A stretch of 64,000 nucleotides of DNA, taken from positions 372,001 through 436,000 of the forward strand of contig CT868141.1 of assembly GCA_000165425.1 (NCBI GenBank), given 5' to 3'. The translations under genes were made by a program, and so were the position numbers. The first letter of the stretch is position 1. The number at the start of each line of letters is the position of its first letter. The stretch comes from Paramecium tetraurelia. Taxonomy: Eukaryota. The notes under the pieces are model-generated. The model was not told the DNA's origin, ran no database searches, and saw only the letters and a program-made list of their open reading frames with translations. This document shows positions 53,942 to 64,000 of this stretch, piece after piece.

Positions 53942-55440
53942 ATGTTTCCCAAAATAAACAAATCAGACGTAAAACCAAGATCATTTTCAGTTAACGTCGA
54001 TTACTCTGGAATGAAATCAAAAGCAAAAAGAAATATTTCACATTACTCTTATAAAATAGTAGAGAAACTACACGCTTAACCTGCATCAAATGGGATTATA
54101 AATATAGTTCCTTAAAAAGAAAAATCAGGCTCATTAATAATAATCATTGAGAGTGTTGAGGACTTTTTAAAAGAGATAGCATAAAATCATAAATACTAGT
54201 AATTTTTAAAGTTCAAAGATTTCCTTAATGAGAAATAAATTACTCAATTTTTTCGCTACATCTAAAATTTTTTGATAAATTTACAGAGCTCCATGTTTGA
54301 ACACCACTATTGTACTTTTTAGTTAAACAAAAAACCTATAGACATTGTGACAGCAGACAGTAAAACAGTTTATGAAGTTATTACCGAATTTATGATTCAG
54401 CATCAAAAACCGCATGAAGATCTTCATATTTATGGAGGAGACTTTTCATTAATACACAAATCAGACTTTCGACAAATTATCTATGTTTCTGAATAGAGGA
54501 TTGAAAAATAAATGAAAAAAGAAATCAAAGTAAATGAAAAAGCATTTCGATTTAGGACTTAAATTCAAGGTTAAGTGAACGATACGAATTAAGATGATAT
54601 ACTTATAGATAATCGAGTCTATTAAATTGGTATGCATAAGAAAAACAAAGAGATCAAATAATATTTGCAACAATAGAATAATGAGAGGAGAGAATTAAAT
54701 TAACCTTCAAGTATTATTGATTTAATATATATAGGGAAATCAAAGGAGTTATAAATTAAGAAGATTAGTGGTTAAACAGAGAAGAAAATAGATTTAGCTT
54801 AAGAATTACCTTAAATTTGTGAATAAATTTATGAAAAATTCAAAAAACATTTTTAAATAGAATATATAAGTGTAGATAAGGAATTATTTTCTTAATTTTT
54901 ATTACTTTGTGAACTCAGCATTTAATATTCCATAAATCTAACTTTATAATAATAGATCACCAGATTTAACGAAGATAATGAGAAATGTCGATTGCTAATA
55001 AAAAATGTACTTTATTTTGAGTTCAAAATATTAAAGAGCATGAACCTAAATTTACAACAACTGTAAAATTGTGTTACTCAAGCTTTATTGAAATTTATCA
55101 ATTAAGATACAAAATGCCAAGAAGCACTCAATAAAATTTACTGGAATGCATTCTTGAGATTCAAAACATTTTATATTGATTAAAAATGGACAACAAGTGA
55201 TTTTCGTTATTTTTTGCTTTTGCTTAACGAAGAATCTCCACTTACTCTATAGATCTATTTATAATTACCAATCAGAGAATTATCAAAGGCTATTTTCTCA
55301 CTCAATGAAGACCTTCTGTAATAGATAGTATGGTAAATATTATATACTAAATAATTATGAATATAATAAAAGTTAAGCAATTATTTACTACGCATTAATA
55401 TAATCCTTAATAGCTATCGTTTTATTATTTCAAATCTAGC
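53942..55440 (+). CDS. Hypothetical protein with weak PX/FERM-like (sorting nexin-type) resemblance; 3' end approximate
   Basis: FSVNVDY..KRNISHY and VEDFLKEIAQN..FKDFLN loosely resemble PX domain ends; open under the ciliate code. Confidence 0.4.
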
Positions 55441-55458
55441 AATTAAAAATTATTACTA

Positions 55459-55776
55459 ATGATTTCTCAATCTCCAGGATTCAAGTTGACTCCAATGACT
55501 CCCTTAAGTATTCATCACAAAATGGAAATTATTGAAGATGAACCGGATGATTTAGATTTGGATCAATCCAAAATATCCTTTAATGAAAATCTCATTGTGT
55601 GTACATACAAACCATGTCAGAGTGTTACAATGATCTAAAAGACAATTTTGAAGCTGAAAGGGTAACCTAATACTGATTGGGTAAATCCAAGTCTTTAAAA
55701 AGAATAAAGAAAGAGATCAACCTCGATATTGAGATACTCATAATCTCCAACAAGAATCTCGTCAATTTACTTGTGA
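55459..55776 (+). CDS. Small hypothetical protein with RVxF-like and SILR motifs
   Basis: 105-aa ORF MISQSPGFKLTPMTP..SKISFNEN..RSTSILRYS..IYL then TGA. Confidence 0.55.
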
Positions 55777-56604
55777 ATTTATTTGTTTTATGCTTTAAAT
55801 TTAGTCATTAAAAAACTCCCTTCTTACTGAAACTACAACATAGTAAAATCATATTATCATGTTTAAACTAAATCCTACAAATAATTTATAAATCATCATA
55901 AATTATAAATGAAGAAATGTTTTCGGATTGCCAATTATTAATCCAAATCACTTTCATCCAAATTGAGGAATTGTAAATGTCTTTGAAATAAAATTTAGTT
56001 ATTATAATCTATTTAGACATTTTTTCTAAGTTCTTTCCATTTATGATATAATTCATAAATTCAATATTGTAATTTATATCTTAGACTATGAGAAGAGAAA
56101 TTACAAGTTTATGATATTTCTGCATACTTTTTCACAAATAATAAAATATATGAAAATCAGTTTATTGAACTAATTTTTGCTTCTTATTTTTAATTTATAT
56201 ATTATTGCTAATTTTCTTCCAGAATTAATTAAATATTTTATATAAATAACATTAAAATTAAATATAAGGAAGTTAAATTAATAAAATTATGTTAATATTA
56301 CATTTATTATTTTTAAATTGATTCCTCATATATTAATAGAACATTAATCTTTAAAACATAAATTCTTACTTGTTTGTTTAAAAAGCTAGCATTTAAAAAT
56401 TTTAAGCATGAACTTCTGTATGATATAAATAGAACAATAAAATTAAAACAAGATTTAAAACAATCTAGAAAAATAAAAGTTCTACCTTTTTTATTCTCTA
56501 GCATAGAAGGGTCAAAATTTAACAGTTACAACTTCAATAAGTGAGTTGATGATAATAATAGAGAGGTAGAAGCAAATTTGGAATAATTGTAAACAATTTT
56601 GATT

Positions 56605-57003
56605 TCAATATCTCATTTGCATTCCTGGGGGCATCATATTATAAGGCGTTGGCTAATAAGCTCCTTGAGGGGGGAGAATCAACGTAGGTTAGGGCATGTA
56701 TTAGGTCCTTGTGCCGCTCAATCCTAAACTATCAATAGTTTCTACAAACGCAGGAGTGAGTAAGCCTTAAAACACAGAAGAGTGTGTAATGAGTAATCTT
56801 TTGATTGTGTCTTTAGAGATGAAGGTTGGGATTATATTCTTCTAAAAGGATGCTTTCAATTAATCTACTAAATCACTCATTACAGCTCTGTAATAGTCTT
56901 CTCTAGCACTAATGTGTTTTTTTCCGAGTGAGTGTTGTTTTCTTCCACTTGGGGAGGAGTGTGTGAGATAAATTCCGCAATATTCACAATAAAACTTAGG
57001 CAT
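56605..57003 (-). CDS. SNRPC: U1 snRNP protein C
   Basis: [30 protein letters not shown] zinc finger and a Pro/Met-rich tail; intronless, 132 aa. Confidence 0.94.
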
Positions 57004-57084
57004 TTAAAATAAATAATGTTTGTATATATTTCTTATGGAGGGTATTAAATATTTATTAAAAACAATTAATAATATATATAACTT

Positions 57085-57849
57085 ATGCAGGGAGCAAGAT
57101 TTGTGGAGACCAACTTGGTATAGAAGATGCTGAGAAATCAAAACTATGATTTCCACAAAAGGAAATTGGATGAGATCTAAACGGAGTAATGATTATCTTG
57201 TATGGCTAATAGTAAGAAGGCAAGATTTGGCTTTAAGGATTTGCCTATTCTGAGTAAAACATAGCACATAAAGGCGAAATCTTCTAGATTTTAAAAATCT
57301 GAATAAAGAAAAAGAATTGACGAATAAAATTAATATCTCAGTTCGCATATAATCGAAATTTAAGAAGGTAAGAACTCTCAATTCAGATCGATTTGGACAG
57401 TGTAAAATTTGAGAGAGAAAGCATATGTAATGGAATTCAAGAGAATTTTTAGGCTGACACTTCTCAATGGTGTGAAAACACTTTGGGTAAAAGACTTCAT
57501 TCACCTCTGAGAAGGAAGTAATAGCAATAGATTGATGAAGAAAATTAAGAGTTACAAAAAAGACTTGAATTAACCAAATAAATTTTATTAGAAAAGCAAC
57601 AAGAACAAATATCTAAATATGAAAAACTTCGTGATCACATGACTCGAGTATAAAGACTTATTTACCTAGATTAAAACTAAGGGACCCAATTCTCCAATGA
57701 CGAATACTCATTTCCCATCAGTAAAGAGCAAAAGCACTACTCAGTTTGTTAACAAGCCATACTAATCTGACTCAATTATACAAAACAATAGAATGAATGA
57801 CTTGTTAAAGTCAGAAATCAATATAAGCAAAATATCTAAATTAGAATGA
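57085..57849 (+). CDS. CFAP97/Hemingway-family-like protein
   Basis: YDFHKRKLDEI near the N-terminus and KRLHSPLRRKQQQQIDEENQELQKRL. Confidence 0.6.
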
Positions 57850-57910
57850 ATGATATTTCTATTCAATTATTAATATAATTTATTTACATATATTATAGGA
57901 CATAACAAAA

Positions 57911-60900
57911 ATGAGTGGATTCACACATTATAAGATAGGAACTACTGAATAGATTGGAGATGGAATGCAATCATAGAGAAACCTATAATAATAATATAGC
58001 AACACATAAATAAGGTGAATTTTGAAAATATACCTTAGAAATGAAGAGTATCGAATTAAAGTTAGTCCTCCCGTTACTGAATAAATAACTATCACTGATT
58101 AAGGATCTTTTCAGAAAATAATGGAAGCAAAGGAAAGAGGTAATTATATTCATTATTAGTAAGAAATAACAAATCTCAAGGAAAGTGTAAAATCGTTAAA
58201 CAATCAAATATAAGATCAATTTAAGGAGTTGGAATTGTGGAAGAACAAATGCAGATAACTGTAATCCGATAAGGGTTTGAGTCGAATAACAACAACTGGC
58301 TAACCAACAAATGATTTGGAATTGTTGTAATTGAGAGATGAAGTCAATAAATTAAGGCAGGAGAATAATAAATATAAATTGAAAACAGACAGAAATGTAA
58401 GTGTGATTTCAAATGATTTCGAAGTGAATTAATTGAAATAATAGATCAAATCTTTAGAGGAATAACTAAGATCTAAATAATCTTTTCCTTCATTCACTTC
58501 CTTAAGTAATAACCCTTAAGAAATCAATCAATTGAAGGATTAGATTAAAGCACTTACTCAAGAGAATGAAGACCTCATAAAAGCTAAGAATTTACTCAAT
58601 TAGTAATTTCAGTAATCTTAAATCTAATGGTAGTAGAGTGCTTTGAGAAGTGCGTAAAATCAAGATTCGGAGTAATCTAAAGCAATTTAAAACGAGAGAG
58701 ATGATTTAAGGAGGAAAGTTAAAGTTTAAGAAGATCTAATAGCAGAGTTACAACAAGAAGTTTAAAGATTAAATTTTAATTGCGATTCTTACATTTAAGA
58801 AATTTAATAATCTTAATTGAGATTGAGTTCAAAAGCCTAAAATGCTGAGATTGAAGGATATTTGAAAAGGATCTCAGCTTTATAGCATGAAGTCTTGGTT
58901 TGGTAAGATCGTTATAAAGCAAAGGAGGTTTAAGAGCATTCATATGCTTAGGAGTAAAAGGTTTATTAGAAGGACAACCAGATTCTATTTTTATAAGAGA
59001 GAATTAAATAGTATGAGACTTAAATGGATTAGTTAAGATTAGAGATTGATAAATAGAGAAAAGAGTTCGATGGATATAAAACAAATTATGAAAGTAGAAG
59101 AACTGATTCAGGAGAGGTAGAGGGTTTGAAAAGGAAGATTGCAGAAATGGAATCAGATATTTAGATTTTGATTGCTGATCTCCAAGAAAGAGAATAAAGG
59201 ATAAGCATAACATAAACTGAATATGAGGAGGAAATTAGAATGTTAAAGAATTAGAGTTAAGGATAATACTTAAATGAAATCAATAAATTAAAAGAAGAGA
59301 GAGAATAATACAGAATGGATTATGAGAGATTGTCAAATGAGTATACGAATATTTAGAGAGTAAGTGAACAAAAAAAGAGTAATTCTTATGAAGTGGATTC
59401 CTTAAAGTAAAGAATCATGGAATTGGAATAACAACTTAGAAATTCTACAAATCAGTATTAGTCTCTTTAAGGTTAATATTCCTAAATGTAAATTCAATTT
59501 TAAAGTTCGCAATAATAATAGCAATCCTAAATTTAATTAGTTAGTATACGAGACGAGTATTAAAAATTATAATCTTAATATAATATGCTCTAATAAGAAA
59601 ATATGCATTTAAAACAATAGAAATAATAAATTGACAGCAACTCCTACACATAAAAGAATACTCAAAGTGATTATTAGGTTCTTTAAGAAAGATATAATCA
59701 GTCATTGAAAGAAATTTCACAATTAAATGAATAACTAAAGAAGTATAGAAATGAGTACGATTCACTGAATCAAAACTACATTCAATTTCAGAGAGAGAGT
59801 GAAATTAAGTTTTCTTAAACAAATACTAAAGATCTGGATATTATGAAATCTCGAATTCAGCAGTATGAACAATAAATTCAGCAATTAAGAAATTAATTGT
59901 CAAGCCAAGAAAGCTTATTGTAATAATAATTTAAAGAGAGATAAAGGCTTGAAATATAATAACTAGAGCAAAAAGTGAATAGCAATTTTACGATGGAAAT
60001 TTAGACTTTATAAAATAAATATAATCAATTAAAAACTTAATATGATTAGTTGTAAACTAAATATAAAGAATAAAATAGTGAACTCATAGTAGTCAAGGAG
60101 AAGACAAGCCAATTTGATACCTAAAATCTTAGGGATCAACTATAGCAATATAAATAAGCCAATACATAATTGAATCAAGATATTTAAACCTTGAGAGAAT
60201 AGGTTCAAAAATATAGATCAGAAATTGGATAAGCAAATTAAAATCATATAGTGATCTAGAGAGAAACTCAATTGAATAAATAAAACCAAGGAGAAATCGA
60301 AAAGTTAATGGCTAGGATAAGAGAATTGGATTTTGAGTCTCAGTAGAAAACCTCATAAATAAATTAATTACAAATGGATTTGAGAAATCAAGAAATTAGA
60401 GTTAGAAATGAATTGGAATAGTAGTTTACTTCTAGATTGACGATAGAGAGATAAAATTTGGAGAGCAAAATGTAAACGTAGAGTTCAGGCGAAACTCAAA
60501 ATCTTTAATACTAATTGAAATCATTACAGCAGGAATTGAGTCAATATAAATAAAGATATTAATAATTAGAACAATAATTTAATTAATCAAAGATTGAAAT
60601 TACCTAATTTAGATCTTAATAGTCGAATGTGAATTTGGATTAAGTGAAATAATTGTAGTAGAGAATAGCCAAATTAGAAAGTGAGAATCAAACTCTGAAC
60701 ATTGAGATTGAAAGATAGAGAAACATTAGAAAGGACTAGGAAAATAAAATTTAATTATTGATCACCAATATCACTGATTATGAATCCAGAATACACATAT
60801 TAGAATAAGAAAATGCTAGGTTAGATACTAGAAATAAAAAATAAATTGTAATTGACAAGCCTAGCGATTAGTACTTAGTTAATTAACTATTGGGCTAGAA

Positions 60901-61240
60901 CAGCTCATAGTTGAAAACTAATGTAATTACTACGACAACAAATGTGTAAAATGTTTAAGGCAGTGCTCTAGTAACTAGATAGTCTGGATTTAATTAGATG
61001 AGTTAAGTTCGCTCTACCTACAATTAACAATATGATTAGTATAGATTGCAATCATAGAATGAAATTAAGCAAGCTCAATTTTCTTAGAGAATGCAAAGTC
61101 CACAACCTCAAGTTTCTAATTATCTCAGTCCAGACAAAAAGTAAATATCTTTAATCATCTTTGTTAGTTTCTAAACTCAGAAGGTATCTACGACAAAAAG
61201 TGTTAAATAGGCTATAATGTCATCTGCGATTAATGAATGA
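57911..61240 (+). CDS. Large Gln-rich coiled-coil protein (about 1100 aa)
   Basis: Long heptad-rich Q/E/K/L frame with very heavy TAA/TAG use; TGA at 61238-61240. Confidence 0.75.
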
Positions 61241-61507
61241 TACATAATAATAAACAATTTATATTAAAATGGTTTTTTTAAGGTTTAAACTCAGAAGACA
61301 AGTACTAATTTTTTCAGAATTTCGAAAAAAAAAGTTATAAATATGTTTATATTGAAAGAAATCTTGTGAAATTAAGCCGAATGTAGATTTCTTAAAGAAT
61401 AATGATCTAATTTGAATAAATAATTTCGAATGTAACTAAGAATCTTAATAGAATTTAAAGTTTGCAATTTGAGTTTTCATAAGATCATTTATTTATGACG
61501 ATAATGA

Positions 61508-62359
61508 TCAACTAAATTGTACCTAGTTTTTATGTTGAACAATTTCACAGATGGCCCATAAAATACATTTGGCTAAACTTACCTTAATCCATTAAACAAT
61601 TTTTGTTTACGAGGATCATATTACTTTACAGGCATATCAATCTTTTGGTGAGAACTCTGATCAGTATTCAAGGGTTCTCCACCGATAAGAATTCCAATAC
61701 CTTGAAAGACTGGTTATTGTTCACATGTTATTATTTTCTCTTGTTGAGCCTCAGAGCTTTCAAATAACAATTTAGGATGGACAGTCAAATCCTTTAGATA
61801 TTTTATATAATATTACTAATGGGTCCATTAAATCGATATCAAAATAAAATTCATCAATACAAATAGCATTATGTTTATTAATGGGTTCAACCTTTACGAT
61901 ATCTATTAAATAATTGACATCTTGGTAGTTTATAGTGATTGTTTCATCTTAAGTGAGACAGGTGAAATTCTTAAGATAGGTTTTTAAGATATCTTTAGGA
62001 TCAGACAATTTTATAAACGCACTTTTATGAGGTTAAACCTTGATGAGGCTTCCAAACTTATTGATTCTATTGCAATTGATCGGAATGCTTAATCCATTAG
62101 AAAAGCCCATGGCATCAAAGATCCAGTCTGGCACTACACAAGTACCTTCATCTGCTGTGAATTCCAAAACTCCAACATAAATAGACTTCTTTTCTTCAAG
62201 AACAGACTATAATTTAAAGGTCATGGTTCCACAATAAACATTGCAGATCTCTAATAATATTGATGGAGGAAGAAGGATTCTATTCCCGTGATTAATAATT
62301 TTTTTATTTTGAGATGATGCCGAATAAACTTCTAAGGTTCCACATTAGCATTTATTCAT
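61508..62359 (-). CDS. UFD1: Ubiquitin fusion degradation protein 1 (Ufd1) family
   Basis: GNRILLPPSIL, YVGVLEFTADEGTCVVPDW, IKVQP..FIKLSDPKDIL..LKNFTCLT and SHP-box-like FQGIG. Confidence 0.92.
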
Positions 62360-62408
62360 TTTATTATATTTAATTTATATAAAACAAAATTGACTAATAA
62401 TCGAAATC

Positions 62409-64000
62409 ATGTAAATTTGGTTGTTTGGTCTCTTATAAATTATACCTTTTGCATATTCTTAATGCACTTCAAGACAGTATGATGATGGAGTAGGTGGATG
62501 TTTGGATTGTTAAATACAATGCGCAACTTGTACAACAGGTACTTCTTGCGATACTTGTACATCGGAGTATTATCAATCTGGAAGTGATTGTTTAAATTGT
62601 GATCCTACTTGTAAAGAATGCTCTGGAACTTCAAATTATTGTACTAATTGTGATACATCCCAAAATTTATATTTGGATCAGGGAACAAATACATGCATCG
62701 CATGTGATTCGCCTAAGTTCAAAGATGGAATAAATTGCGTGGATACATGTCCTGTTTATATCAATTTGACAGATTCCACATGTGTTGCTGCATGTGATTC
62801 GAATTGTTTGACATGTGCAATTTACAGCAACTCTTGTACGACTTGCGATAGCAGCAATTATTTGGAATTAATTTCAAATCAATGTGTGACTGCTTGCGAT
62901 GTTAACTGCGAAACATGTTTGACAACTTCAACAAATTGTCAAACATGTAATTCAGGCATGTACTTAGACAACATAACCAACGCGTCAGGAACTTGTAAAC
63001 AATGTAATTCTCCTTGTTCAGTTTGTTAATCTCCTTCAGACGTAGAAATTTGCACTGATTGTTAAAGCAATTTTTATCTTGATGGAGCATCGACCTGTTA
63101 AATGTGTGATTCGACTTGTTATGAATGTACAGGTTCATTAGCAACAGAATGTTCATAATGTGTGTTAGGAAAATATTTGCAAACAAGTGGAACTGATAAA
63201 ACTTGTGAAACTTGTATATCCCCTTGCGATAATTGCTCATCCGATACAATTTGTGATAGTTGTGTTTCTGAGTATTATTTGAATGGAACCACTTGTGATC
63301 CTTGTACAAGTCCTTGTTTTACTTGTGAAACAACTGATACACATTGCTTAACATGTTTACCAGGTGACAATAGAGTAATAGTTAACAATTAATGCATTTG
63401 TGATCAAAACTATTTTGATTAAAATAACGGGGATTATTTATGTCCCCCTTGTGATCCTAACTGCAAAACTTGTGTAGATTCAGCCACTAAATGCACTAGT
63501 TGCTATGACAAATTCTATTTAGATTCAAATGTATGTCAGCCCTGTCATTGGAATTGTGTAACCTGTGTTACAACAGCAACTAATTGTTTAACATGTGACG
63601 AAGTTGTGAATTTGAGGATATTCTATAATAACTAATGTTTGTGCATTAATGGCTAATACTATTCAGATTCATAATAAATATGTGCTCAGTGTGTTGATCC
63701 ATGTCAGAATTGCTTAAGTGGATAAGACTCAAATGGGGTTGATTATAATGGAACACAATGCACCTCCTGCTAAGCCATATACAATAGAAATCTAAGTGGA
63801 ACTATTTGTGTTTGTAAGTCTGGATATTTCGATGCTGGTTTCTTGGCTTGTCAACCATGTGCATCATATTGCGTATCATGTCTAACAAGTGAAACGGATT
63901 GTGATGTTTGTAAACCCAACACTTTTAGAGATACTACTAAGAAATGTCAGTGTCTCGATGGATATTTTGGAACATCCACAGTATGTCAGCCATGTACATC
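62409..64000 (+). CDS. Cysteine-rich furin-like repeat surface/secreted protein; 3'-truncated by the window
   Basis: Signal peptide MQIWLFGLLQIIPFAYSQ followed by continuous CxxC..CxTC..C repeats to the window end. Confidence 0.88.

Noticed and set aside
57300..57520. In-frame TGA suggesting selenocysteine or readthrough in the CFAP97-like gene
   Set aside because: An alternative frame, presumably reached through a short intron, is open and carries the conserved motif, so no recoding is needed.
62409..64000. CRISPR-like or tandem DNA repeat array
   Set aside because: The periodicity is at the protein level (Cys-rich repeats); there are no identical nucleotide repeats separated by spacers.

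Overview
Eukaryotic, very AT-rich, gene-dense DNA from a ciliate, most consistent with a Paramecium macronuclear chromosome. TAA/TAG encode Gln, TGA is the only stop, introns are about 20-34 nt (GT..AG) and intergenic spacers are often under 100 bp. The supplied standard-code ORF track is therefore largely misleading, so I re-read genes by eye with the ciliate code; boundaries, especially of hypothetical genes, are approximate. About 45 protein-coding genes are present. Recognisable ones: the 3' part of a ciliate-type guanylyl cyclase, sterol C5-desaturase, Sec22, a PZP-domain chromatin reader, RPL36, choline-phosphate cytidylyltransferase, ULK/Atg1-like kinases and pseudokinases, ciliate COX6B, a Pumilio protein, a Rab1-like GTPase, an LRR protein, a TBC RabGAP, MON1, ARP3, a Piwi with an intact DEDH tetrad, a J-domain protein, a GH25 lysozyme, a START protein, U1-C, a CFAP97-like protein, UFD1 and the start of a Cys-rich surface protein. 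I saw no tRNA, rRNA, telomere, transposon, retained IES or CRISPR array, and I cannot claim a new multi-gene system. The best leads are a cluster of Pumilio response elements at the 3' end of the Pumilio gene itself, an orphan protein with a C-terminal PCNA PIP box that appears only under the ciliate code, an apparent 1-nt frameshift in the J-domain gene, and two pseudokinases.
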